Origin: Octopus sinensis
Lineage: Eukaryota
Assembly: GCF_006345805.1 (NCBI RefSeq)
Contig: NW_021833033.1
Span: 1-64,000, forward strand
Direction of reading: 5' to 3'
Length of the DNA stretch: 64,000 nt
Below the pieces are notes generated by a model. The model did not search any database, had not been told where the DNA came from, and worked only from the letters and a program-made list of their open reading frames with translations. Of the stretch, positions 52,409 through 64,000 are shown in pieces (positions within the stretch are counted from its first letter, which is position 1; each line of letters begins with the position of its first letter). A program made the translations under genes and the position numbers.

Positions 52409-55400
52409 AATTTTTCAAAATTTTTTGTCGAAAATTTTCAAAGAATTATCAAAAAATCTTACAAAAATTTTGATTAAAATTTTCTAAAGAATTTTCAAAA
52501 ATTTTCGTGAAAATTGTCGAAAAAGTTTTCAAAAATTTTGGAGAAGTATTTTTGGCCAAAATTTTCAGAAAATTTTTATAAAATTTTGGTGAAAATTTTC
52601 AAAAAATTTTTCAAAATTTTTGGGGAAAATTTTCCAAAAATTTTTCTATAGTTTTGGGGAAAATTTTTTAAACTTTTTAAAAATTTGCGAAAAGTTTCGA
52701 AACATTCTTCAAAAATTTTTGAAAAATATTTTGAAAATTTTTGGCGAAAATTTTCAAAACATTTTTCAAAATTTTTGGGGAAAATTTTCAAAAACTTTTT
52801 CTCAAATTTTGGGGAAAATTTTCAAAAAATTTTTCTCAAATTTTGGGGAAAATTTTCAAAAAATTTTTCAAAAATCTTTGGAGAGGTGCCAAAATCACAA
52901 AGTATGGAAAGCCAGCGGTGCCAAAATCACCGAAAATTTTACCCAAAAGTTTTTCGAAAATTTTCCCCAAAAATTTTTCGAAAATTTCCACCGAAGATTT
53001 TCCCCAAAAATTTTTCGAAAATTTTCCCCGAGCTAAAAATAGAATTTTAGGTGGCTGCTTCTGCTGCTTTCTGTGTATAGATTGAATTCTGGTTTAATAT
53101 TACAGTCAAGATGCCTCACGATCAACGATACACCAGATTCTGCACTACACTTAACACCTATGACCATATCGATGTTATAGACTTCAGCATATGGAGAATA
53201 TTCGTAATTGGGTTTTCGAATTTTCACACCGAAAATTTTCCCCAAAAATTTTTCGAGAATTTTCACCGAAAATTTTCCACTAAAATTTTTCGAAAGTTTT
53301 CAACCGAAAATTTACAAAAAGATCTTTCGAAAATTTTCCCCAAAGTATGGAATGCCAGCGGTGCCAAAATCACAAAGTATGGAAAGCCAGCTGTGCCAAA
53401 ATCACAAAGTATGGAAAGCCACGATGCCAAATCACTAAGTATGGAAAGCTAGCGGGGCCAAAATCACAAAGTATAGAAGGCCAGAGGTGCAAAATGATAA
53501 AGTATGGATGGCCAATGGTGCCAAAATCGCAGAAAAATTTTACCCGAAAATTTTTGGAAATTTTACCCAAAAATTTTCCAAAGTTTTACCCAAATTTTTT
53601 CGAAAATTTTCCCCAAAAATTTTTCGAAAATTTTCGCCAAAAATTTTACCCAAAAATTTTACGAAAATTTTTCGAAAATTTTCCCCAAAAATTTTTCGAA
53701 AATTTTCCCCAAAAATTTTACGAAAGTTTTCCGCAAAAATTTTTCGAAAATTTTCACAAAAAATTTTACCAAAAAATTTTAGAGAATTTTCACCGAAAAT
53801 TTTGTCCAAAAATATTTCGATAATTTTCATCGAAGATTTTCCCAAAAAATTTTTGGAAAATTTTCACTGAAAATTTTACCCAAAAATTTTACGAAAATTT
53901 TTCGCAAAAATTTTTCGAAAATTTCCACCGAAGATTTTCCCCAAAAATTTTTGGAAAATTTTCCCCGAGCTAAAAATAGAATTTTAGGTGGCTGCTTCTG
54001 CTGCTTTCTGTGTATAGATTGAATTCTGGTTTAATATTACAGTCAAGATGCCTCACGATCAACGATACACCAGATTCTGCACTACACTTAACACCTATGA
54101 CCATATCGATGTTTATAGACTTCAGCATATGGAGAATATTCGTAATATGGGTTTTCGAAATTTTCACCGAAAATTTTCCCCAAAAATTTTTCGAGAATTT
54201 TCACCGAAAATTTTCCACTAAAATTTTTCGAAAGTTTTCACCGAAAAATTTACAAAAAGATCTTTCGAAAATTTTCCCCAAAGTATGGAATGCCAGCGGT
54301 GCCAAAATCACAAAGTATGGAAAGCCAGCTGTGCCAAAATCACAAAGTATGGAAAGCCAGCGATGCCAAAATCACTAAGTATGGAAAGCTAGCGGGGCCA
54401 AAATCACAAAGTATAGAAGGCCAGAGGTGCCAAAATGATAAAGTATGGATGGCCAATGGTGCCAAAATCGCAGAAAAATTTTACCCGAAAATTTTTGGAA
54501 ATTTTACCCCAAAAATTTTTCCAAAGTTTTACCCAAATTTTTTCGAAAATTTTCCCAAAAATTTTTCGAAAATTTTCGCCAAAAATTTTACCCAAAAATT
54601 TTTAGAAAATTTTCACCGAAAATTTTACTCAAAAATTTTTCGAAAATTTTCCCCAAAAATTTTACGAAAGTTTTCCGCAAAAATTTTTCGAAAATTTTCA
54701 CAAAAAATTTTACCAAAAAATTTTAGAGAATTTTCACCGAAAATTTTGTCCAAAAATATTTCGATAATTTTCATCGAAGATTTTCCCAAAAAATTTTTGG
54801 AAAATTTTCACTGAAAATTTTACCCAAAAATTTTACGAAAATTTTTCGCAAAAATTTTTCGAAAATTTTCACCGAAAATTTTACCCAAAAATTTTCCCCG
54901 AGCTAAAAATAGAATTTTAGGTGGTTGCTTCTGCTGCTTTCTGTGTATAGAGTAGAATCTGGTGTATCGTTGATCGTGAGGTATCTTGACTGTAATATTA
55001 AACCAGAATTCACTCTATACACAGAAAGCAGCGGAAGCAGCCACCTAAAATTCTATTTTTAGCTATAACATCTATTTTTAGCTCGGGGAAAATTTTCGAA
55101 AAATTTTTGGGGAAAGTTTTCGGTGGAAATTTTCCAAAAGTGTCCTTGGGTAAATTTTTCGGTGAAAATTTTCGGAAAATTTTTAGTGAAAATTTTCGAA
55201 AAATTTTGGGGGAAAATTTTTGGGGAAAATTTTCGATGAAAATTATCGAAAAATTTTTGGACAAAATTTCGGTGAAAATTCTCTAAAAATTTTTGGGGGA
55301 AAATTTTCTGGAAAATTTTCGAAAAAATTTGGGTAAAATTTTGGAAAAATTTTGGGGGAAAGTTTTCGAAAAATTTTCGGGTAAAATTTTCTGTGATTTT

Positions 55401-56345
55401 GGCACCATTGGCCTTCCATACTTTATGATTTTGGCACCGCTAGCTTTCCGTACGTTGTGATTTTGGCACCGCTGGCTTTCCATACTTTGTGATTTTGGCA
55501 CCGCTGGCTTTCCATAGTTTGTGATTTTGGCACCGCTGGTTTTCCATACTTTGTGATTTTGGTACCGCTGGGGAGAAAATTCGAAAGGTCTTTTTGTAAA
55601 TTTTTCGGTGCAAACTTTCGAAAAGTTTTAGTGGAAAATTTTCGGTGATAATTTTCGAAAACCCATCTAACGAATATGCTCCATATGCTGAAGTCTATAA
55701 ACGTCGATATGGTCATAGTTGTTAAGTGTAGAGTAGAATCTGGTGTATCGTTGATCGTGAGGCATCTTGACTGTAATATTAAACCAGGATTCACTCTATA
55801 CACAGAAAGCAGCAGAAGCAGCCACCTAAAATTCTATTTTTAGCCATAACATCTATTTTCGGTGGAAATTTTCGAAAAATTTTTGGGTAAAATTTTCGGT
55901 GAAAATTTTCCAAAAATCTTTGGAGAAAATTTTCAAAAAATTTTTCAAAAATTTTTGGGGAATATTTTCATAAAATTTTACAAAACTTTTGGGGGAAAAT
56001 TTTCAAACAATTTTTCAAAAATCTTTGGAGAAAATTTTCAAATATTTTTGGGGAAAAGTTTAAAAAAATCTTTCTATAGTTTGGGGGAAAATTTTTTTAA
56101 TATTTTTTAAAAATTTGGGGAAAACTTTCCAAAAATCCTTCAAAAATCTTTGGCGAAAATTTTTGAAAAATGTTTTGAAAATTTTCTGCAAAAGTTTTCG
56201 AAAAATTTTGGGGAAAATTTTCAAAAAATTTTTCAAAAATTTTTGGGGAAAATTTTCAAAAAATTTTCTAAAATTTGGGGGAAAATTTTCAATACATTTT
56301 TCAAAAATTGTTGGGGAAAATTTTCAAAGCGTTTTTCAAAAATTC
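52409..56345. repeat. Complex A4T4-tract satellite with ~935-bp higher-order unit and two inversions
   Basis: GAAAATTTTC-type monomers; 32-bp subrepeat CAAAGTATGGAAAGCCAGCGGTGCCAAAATCA; ~190-bp module starting at 53030, 53967 and 54900. Orientation flips near 52881 and 54951. Confidence 0.9.
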
Positions 56346-56769
56346 TTTTTGGACTTTCTTTTATCGAAAGCATTTTAACAAAAATGCTTCCGTAAAGACG
56401 GTGAAAATTTTGTCAATTTCCCCAAACCGGGACACATTTCAATTTTTAAACAATAACCAAACATTTTCGGAGAAGGGTTACGGTTTACAATTATTTACCA
56501 AATGCAACACAACAACCCTTCCCTGACGAGGAACCAACAAACGTGATTACAATAGTCAAACAGTAATAATAATAACAAACCTTTTTAATTTATCCCCATT
56601 TATGTCAAACCACTTATTCAAGTTCAAGTCATTGATGCAATTTTATACGAATTGCTAATACACACACACACACACACATAGTAAGGGTGAAAAATAGAAT
56701 ATTAATTTGATTAATATGAATTGAAAACCAGTGGTTTAGCATATAAGACCATAGCGGATCTTCTTCTAG

Positions 56770-57079
56770 CAAAATGGATGACCATTGTTAATGGTTCATC
56801 CCTGTTATATAGTGAAAGTGTCTGCATTATTAAAGAGAGATATTTTTGTTTCACTTTTAACATGTAATACTGAAATAGTGGAGAAGATATGATATTGCTG
56901 TTGGGTCGCCCGAGGGAAAAAGTTAAGATTTTTTGCCGATGACACTCCCCGGACCTTAAGTAAGGCATGTGTAAAATTTGAATGAAATTGGATGTGTAGT
57001 TCTCAAGTTTTAGGGAAACACACAGACAGACAGACAGAATACAGACAGACACACATTTTCAGTTTTATATATAGAGAGA
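56770..57079 (-). mobile_element. Helitron-like 5' end with (CTGT)n
   Basis: Minus strand starts TCTCTCTATATATAAAACTGAAAATGTGTGTCTGTCTG...CCAATTTCATTCAAATTTTACACA. Confidence 0.55.
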
Positions 57080-57086
57080 TACATAC

Positions 57087-57139
<53 letters not shown>

Positions 57140-57164
57140 GGGCGACTTCTTTCATATTTTAAAC

Positions 57165-57312
57165 CGTCGAGCTGCCAGAATCGTTAGCACACCGGACGAA
57201 ATGCTTAGCGCTATTTCGTCTTCCGCTAAGTTCTGAGTTCAAATCCCACCGAGGTCGACTTTGCCTTTCATCTTTTCGGGGTCGGTAAAATTAAGTACCA
57301 GTGAAATACTGT
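57165..57312 (+). mobile_element. SINE family A
   Basis: Head and body motifs. Confidence 0.8.
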
Positions 57313-57519
57313 AATTTACTAGTTCCCTCTTCAGGTGTCTGCCAATTTGACCGTGTGTTAAGGCAGCACAATTGGCCATTTTGTCTCTTCGTCTCCTCAG
57401 ATTTAGTATGTGATTTGAGAAACGTTTAGCTCCTATTTCTAGCAGGTCATATCGGTATAAGGAATATCCTACATTGCTATTGTTATTGCGTTTTTTGTTG
57501 TCTTTGTCGTTGTTGCTGT

Positions 57520-58070
57520 TGGCGTTTGTTGCTGTTGTTGTTGTTGTTGTTGATGATGATGAAGAGGAGGAGGAGGATGATGACGACGGACGATGTCCAT
57601 GATGATGGCGATGATGTTGTTGATGATGATGATGAAGAGGAGGAGGAGGAGGATGACGGTGGTGATGGTGACGATGTCCATGATGTTTATGGTGATGGTG
57701 ATGCTGATAATGATAATGATGTTGATGATGATGATGACGGACGATGTCCCTGATGATGGTGGTGATGTTGTTGATGATGAGGAGGATGAGGAGGATGAAG
57801 ATGGTGACGGTGGTGATAGTGACGATGTCCATGACGTTGATGATGATGCTGATGATGAAGATGATGAGGAGGAGGAGGATGATGATGGTGGTGGTGGTGT
57901 AGGTGGTGGTGGTGTAGGTGGTGGTGGTGGTGGTGGTGGTGGTGGTGACGATGTCCATGATGATGATGACGACGACGACGATGATAACGACGACGGCTAC
58001 AAGGATGTTGATGACGATGATGACGCTGACGTTGACGCTGACGACGACGACGATGATGTTTATGTTGTGG
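57520..58070. repeat. Compound trinucleotide minisatellite (GAT/GAG/GGT/GAC) with recurring GACGATGTCCATGA
   Basis: The anchor motif recurs about five times. Confidence 0.88.
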
Positions 58071-59119
58071 CTGTCTTTATTTTTTTGTTTTGTTTTGTCT
58101 CATGTTGGTTCTGATTCAATTGTGTCTCTCTTTTGCTTATCAGTATTTACAGACATGTCCCCGAACGGCGTAATCTCATTTTGGAAAACAGATATTGGCG
58201 CGGGAATGCGCATGTGTCACTGAATATGTGCGTGTGTGTGTGTACTTGAGTACGTGTGTCCCTCTGTGTATGTGTGTGTGTACATGAGTACGTGTGTGAC
58301 TGTGTATGTGTGTGTGTCTGTACGTGAGTACGTGTATCCCTCTGTGTGTGTGTGTATGTATGCGTGTGTGAGGAGTGGGAATGATGTTGCTGTGCATATG
58401 TATGTGTATATGTATGTGTCTGTCCTCTTTTGTCCAATGCTATTTCTCTCTATGGAGAACTATTGTGTGTGTGTGTGAGTGTGTGCGTGTGTGTGAGTGT
58501 GTGCGTGTGTGTGGTGGGTGTCTAAGTATGAAACCGTGTATTTGTGTCTGTGTGTGTAAGTTTGTCTGTTTCTGTTTGTGTGTGTGAGTGTTTGGGTCAC
58601 TCATGCATCAACACACATATGTCTGTGAAAGCGTATTTGGGTGTATGCGTGTTGTGTGTGTGTGAGTGACAGAGAGAGTGTGTGTGTCTGTGAGAGAGAG
58701 TAAGAGACAAACAAGAGTGTGTCTCTGTGTGTGTGCTATCAAGAGAGAGAGAGAATGTAAGAGTGAGAGTGTGTGTGTGCGCGCGCGTGTGTTGGTGTGT
58801 GTGTATGCACGTGTGTTAGTGTGTTCGCGTGTGTTGGTGTGTGTGTGTGTGTGTGCTATCGAGAGAGAATGAGAGACTATGCGTTTGTGTGTGCTATCAA
58901 GAGAACGAGTGAGAGAAAGAGAGAGAGTGAGAGAGAGAAAGAGAGTGTGTGTGTGAGTGTGCGTGTGTGTGTGTGTGTGTGTGTGCGTATGCATATGCGT
59001 GTACAATCTGTTTTCTGTCTTGCCATGTAGTTGTAAGAGGAAAAGAGAAGAGAACGAGAGGGAGTAAGGGGAGGAAAATGGGTACGAGGGATGGAGGTCG
59101 AGCGGTCTTTGACGAGGCA

Positions 59120-59862
59120 ATGGTGTTGTTGCTGCTGCTGCTGGTAATGCTGTTGCTGTTGTTGTTGTTGATGGTGGTGGTGGTGGTTGTGGGTCTGGTG
59201 GTGGTAGTGTTAGTGGTGTTGGTGGTAGTGTTAGTGGTGGTGGTGGTGGTGGTGGTGGTGGTGGTAGTGGTAGTGGTGGTGATGGTGGTGGTGGTGGTGG
59301 TGGTGGTAGTGGTGGTGGTAGTGGTGGTGGTGGCGGTAGTAGTGTTAGTGGTGGTGGTACTGGTGGTGGTGGTGGTGGTGGTGGTGGTGGTAGTAGTAGT
59401 AGTGTTGGTGGTGGTGGTGGTGGTGGTGGTGGTGGTGGGGTGGTGGTGGTAGTAGTAGTGTTGGTGGTGGTGTGGTGGTGGTGGTGGTGGTGGTGGTGGT
59501 GGTGGTGGTGGTGGTGGTGGTGGTGTGGTGTGGTGGTGGTAGTAGTGTTAGTGGTGGTGGTACTGGTGGTGGTGGGGTGGTGGTGGGGTGTGGTGTGGTG
59601 GTGGTGGTGGGTGGTGGTGGTGGTGGTGGTGGTGGTGGTGGTGGCGGTAGTAGTGTTAGTGGTGGTGGTGGTGGTGGTGGTGGTAGTAGTAGTAGTGTTA
59701 GTGGTGGTGGTAGTGGTGGTGGTGGCGGTAGTAGTGTTAGTGGTGGTGGTACTGGTGGTGGTGGTGGTGGTGGTGGTGGTAGTAGTAGTGTTGGTGGTGG
59801 TGGTGGTGGTGGTGGTAGTAGTAGTAGTGTTGGTGGTGGTGGTGGTGGCGGTGGTGGTGGTG
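59120..59862. repeat. (GGT/GTA)n trinucleotide tract
   Basis: Direct reading. Confidence 0.93.
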
Positions 59863-60309
59863 CTTCTGCTGGTAATGGTGGTGCTTATTGGCGCATTGCC
59901 CAAAACCACATATCTACTTGGTGCAGCACAGCCAGTCGTGCATTCAAACTTGGATAAGTCTTCTCACACTTGGCTGCCGGCACTGAACACCTGGAGACAG
60001 CGTATAATTTATTGATTATCGTCATTACACAAACGACGTCCAATGTCTTTCGAAAGGCACCACCAGGAGAGAAAGGTGCTGGGCAAGTTGGAAAGAGAGG
60101 GGGGGGGGGATGGAATGGGATGAGATGTGGAGGGTGAGATACAGTCCATAAAATCTACTCCAGGACGTTACGAAACCAAAATAAAGAAATAATGATTAAT
60201 CATAACGATAAACATTTATTCAGCCTCAGCTATCTTCTATCCATCAATGGGTATTGAACTCAAGTCTGCTGATTCCTATGAACTGAGCTTACGAGAGTTG
60301 TGATTCATG

Positions 60310-60650
<341 letters not shown>

Positions 60651-61022
60651 ATTCAGGACCGTGGGCATATGGCGTAGTGGTTAACCCCAAGATTCTAAGT
60701 TCCATTCCAAGGAGTGACCTGAATATTTAAATTTACCGTACTTCGATGAGAAAAATATCCACAACCTTCCATCTCAATAAACCACTATTTACCCTGAAAG
60801 TTGATTTTTATATTTACTACGGATTGCACGAAGCTAAATTTCTTCCTATCTTCCTTCTCTAACGATGGATTTTATACCTATTTGTGTGTACTCACACATA
60901 CTCATACAAATACATACATATATATACAAACACACATGCACACACGCATATAAATACAAATATATAGACAGATGAACAGATAGATAGCTAGACAGACAGA
61001 TAGACTAATAGATGCTCTAGAG

Positions 61023-61384
61023 CAGTGGTTCACAACCGGGGTCCACATGGCCCCTGAGAGTCCACATGGCCCCCGAGGGTCCATACAAGATATTTGGGGT
61101 CCACGTAACAAAATATTAAATCCACAATAGAATTTTAAGGGCCTCTGAAAAATATTTTCTTTAGATGTATGTATTGGTATGTATTGCAAGAAACAGTCAA
61201 GTGACTTTCTCTAATATTTCACATAGTTCAACCTACAGAAGTTAACATGTGAAAAGCGAAACAGGAATTATGAAAGAATTATCTATAAAACTAGTTTTTA
61301 AACATCGAATGGCTATGGGGGTTCACCACAATAAAATAGTAATAAATAGGTTCATTGATTAAAAAAAATGGCTGCGAATCCTTG
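61023..61384. mobile_element. hAT (Charlie/MER5-like) MITE
   Basis: Ends CAGTGGTTCACAACC and GGCTGCGAATCCTTG. Flanks CTCTAGAG and CTCTAGTT fit the NTCTAGAN target preference. Confidence 0.75.
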
Positions 61385-61392
61385 CTCTAGTT

Positions 61393-62295
61393 TCTTAAAT
61401 TCAGAAGCCAAAATTCACCTTGAATGTAAAAATAAATGATAGTATCGAATCTCTGTACTAGCCAAACTATATTTCACTTTCAATGACCACAAAAGAAACG
61501 TCATGACTTTTTCACACATTTTCAAAATAATTCTTGCCAAAGCAGGCATAGTTTTTTAAAAGAATGTAGATAAATATAACCATTTCTTTACTACCCGCAA
61601 GGGGCTACACACAGAGAGGACAATCAAGGACAGGCAAACGGATTAAGTCGATTACATCGACACCAGTGCGTAACTGGTACTTAATTTATCGACCCCAGAA
61701 GGATGAAAGGCAAAGTCGACCGCGGTGGAATTTGAACTCAGAACGTAACGGCAGATGAAATACCGCTTAGTATTTTGCCCGGCGTGCTAACGTTTCTGCC
61801 AGCTTGCCACCTTAATACAGATAAATATAACACTAAATGTTAACTATAGAATAAGTCGCCTCAATCATGACGCATCCGTTGCTTAAAGATTAATTCAAAG
61901 AATGAGATGATTTTCCCAAAGACTACTCCCAGACTTATGATTCTGAGATTAACATATTATAATGTATGCAAGAAGAGCTGTGGTATCTTTTGTTAATACC
62001 ATATGGATTAAGAAAGAAGCATTGTTTCGTTCAATGCTATTACAGATTCGGAGAAAGTTTGAGAAAGTATTGAATTATATATTTTTGCATTTAATCCAAA
62101 TAATTCCCATGTTTAAAAAGCGGATTATACCGTGATGATGGCCTGTTAAGTCTTAAAAATCAAAGTAAACCACAAGCTGGTAACTTAAAAAAAGTAAACA
62201 ACCTTATTGAATTATTCAATGAAATGAGATTTAAAGATCATAGTAGTCTGAAATAGTTTATATTTTTCTGAAATCACCTTAACCTTAGTTATCAG
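61393..62295 (+). pseudogene. Decayed Penelope-like element reverse transcriptase, split by a SINE
   Basis: Collinear motifs: DHK (61485-61493), MYARRAVVSFVNTIWIKKEALF (61962-62027), DSEKV*ESIELYIL, GLYRDDGL (62122-62145), LK*FIFSEITL. Stops and frameshifts are present. Confidence 0.75.
61581..61818 (-). mobile_element. SINE family A inserted in the PLE RT with a 13-bp TSD
   Basis: AGATAAATATAAC is duplicated at 61568-61580 and 61819-61831. Confidence 0.88.
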
Positions 62296-63082
62296 CTTTA
62301 CAAAAAAAAAAAAGGCAAGTTAAAATACACCAGTGCATTGACATTAAAGTGGACAGCTCGCCAGAAAGCAATACTGTGAAACATATTGGCATATGTTTCT
62401 CCATAAAAAAAAAATTGTAGATGGTATAATTGGTAGACAAGCGGTATAATTACTTTTACCGTCTCTTTACATTGAAGGTTCAAATCTTGTAAAAAATCGA
62501 TTATGTCTTTCATACTTCCGAAAAATCGAATTTATCGTATCCACTCCCCAAAATTTGTAACTTGTAAGTAATCAATATTTAATGTTGAGAATATATCAGG
62601 TCAACATTTCAATAAAGGTACGAGGCTGATGGTGGTGGTGGTGGTGGTGGTAGTAGTAGTAGTAGTAGTGCATCTAGCTTAATGCCTTAATAAATGTTAT
62701 AATATCAAGGCTTAATACCTTGATACCAGATATTATGCCTGGTCTGGTTCTAATGCTTAGTATTAGACCAGGTCTAATCAACGATCGACAAGTCTTTTTA
62801 AAATGATAGGTTTTAATTAGAGTGCAATTTAGTTGAAATAGTAGCAGGGGAGTTCACATGTAATGCAGGGGCAGGGAAACTGTTTAGTAGAAGATTCAAA
62901 TTACGGTGCATAAGAACCTGTGGAATGGGTCACACATGAGCTGAGGAAAAATAGGCATTTGAATTCTTCTGCAGAGCGTAGGCACTGGTTGACTATTTTA
63001 CAGGGATACCATCTCAAGACTTTTCATGTAATACATCACGCTCAATATTTAGACTACTATAGAAGGCCGAGCGATATGTATA

Positions 63083-63911
63083 CCGGATATTTCGTCTGTC
63101 TTTACGTTCTGAGTTCAAATTCTGCCGAGGTCGACTTTGCCTTTCATCCTTTCGCCGTCGATTAAATAAGTACCAGTTACGCACTGGGGTCGATATAATC
63201 GACTTAATCTGTTTGTTTGTCCTTGTTTGTCCCTTCTGTGTTTAGCCCCTTGTGGGTAGTAAAGAATTAGGTATTTCGTCTGTCTTTACGTTCTGTGTTC
63301 AAATTCCACCGAGGTCGAATTTGCCTTTCATCATTTCAGTGTCGATAAATTAAGTACCAGCTGCGTATCTAATTAAGTGGCTCCTCTCCCAAAAATTCGG
63401 TCCTAGTGCCTAGAGTAGAAAAGAATATTTACACTAGTATGTTCGCAAACTGTTTTTACGAAATAACCATTTCGTAAAAACAGTTTGAGAACATACTAGT
63501 GTAAGTATACTAGTGTAAAAGTTTATTTACAGAGTTATTTTATTTTAAGAACATAAATATTCTTTTCTACACTAGGCTACACAAGGCCCGAAATTTTGGG
63601 GGAGGAGGCCAGTTGATTAAATTTACACCAGTACACAACTGGTACTTAATTATCGACCCTGAAAGGATGAAAGACAAAGTAGACCTTGGCGGAATTTGAA
63701 CTCAGAACGTAGCGGCAGATGAAATACCTGTTTCTTTACTACCCACAAGGGGCTAAACACAGAGAGGACGAACAGGTACTTATTTAATCGACCCCGAAAG
63801 GATGAAAGGCAAGTTGACTTCGGCGGAATTTGAAACATAGAACTTAAAGACAAACGAAATACCACTAAGAATTTCGCCCGGCGCGCTCACGTTTCTGCTA
63901 GCTCGGCGCCT
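63083..63911. mobile_element. Inverted pair of SINE family A dimers around a 76-bp hairpin (63429-63504)
   Basis: Plus copies 63083-63427 and minus copies 63557-63911. Hairpin arms are 36 bp with one mismatch and an AACC loop. Confidence 0.82.
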
Positions 63912-64000
63912 TCAGAACATAAATATTACATCGAGTGCAAGAAAGAGTGGTATGTGTGGGTAGGTGCGTGCGCGAACGTCATATATATATTCCTATATAC

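Noticed and set aside
52576-56526. Many K/F/N-rich ORFs and an 11-aa-like repeat peptide
   Set aside because: They are translations of the A4T4 satellite. The subrepeat is 32 bp, so it does not keep frame.
57239-59957. Long poly-Thr/Pro/Val/Gly/Asp ORFs, including the 433-aa minus ORF
   Set aside because: These are trinucleotide microsatellite read-throughs, open in several frames on both strands.

Overview
AT-rich, repeat-saturated eukaryotic DNA with no host protein-coding exon I can recognise. It is intronic or intergenic, and the SINE and microsatellite content suggests an octopus/cephalopod genome (inference). Almost all ORF-track entries are microsatellite or SINE read-throughs. The main signal is a hammerhead-ribozyme (HHR) retroelement system. 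There are two tandem arrays inserted in (TA)n: a ~473-bp unit at 10681-13332 with a head-to-head inversion, and a ~532-bp unit at 33833-35216. Every complete unit carries a type I HHR, as in animal retrozymes or Penelope-like-element (PLE) pseudo-LTRs. There are also solo HHR motifs from five further families (21244, 32259/44085, 44650, 48521, 60425) and a decayed PLE reverse transcriptase (GLYRDDGL, 61393-62295) as a plausible mobiliser class. Three unrelated HHR families share an unusual A/A pair of extra bases at the base of stem II. Other content: four or more tRNA-derived SINE families, a CR1/L2-type LINE 3' end that shares its tail with one SINE family, an R4/Dong-like remnant, mariner deletion derivatives (one nested in a hAT MITE), Helitron-like elements, several long foldbacks, and a 4-kb A4T4-tract satellite with a ~935-bp higher-order unit. 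All folds were made by eye and no ribozyme activity is shown.
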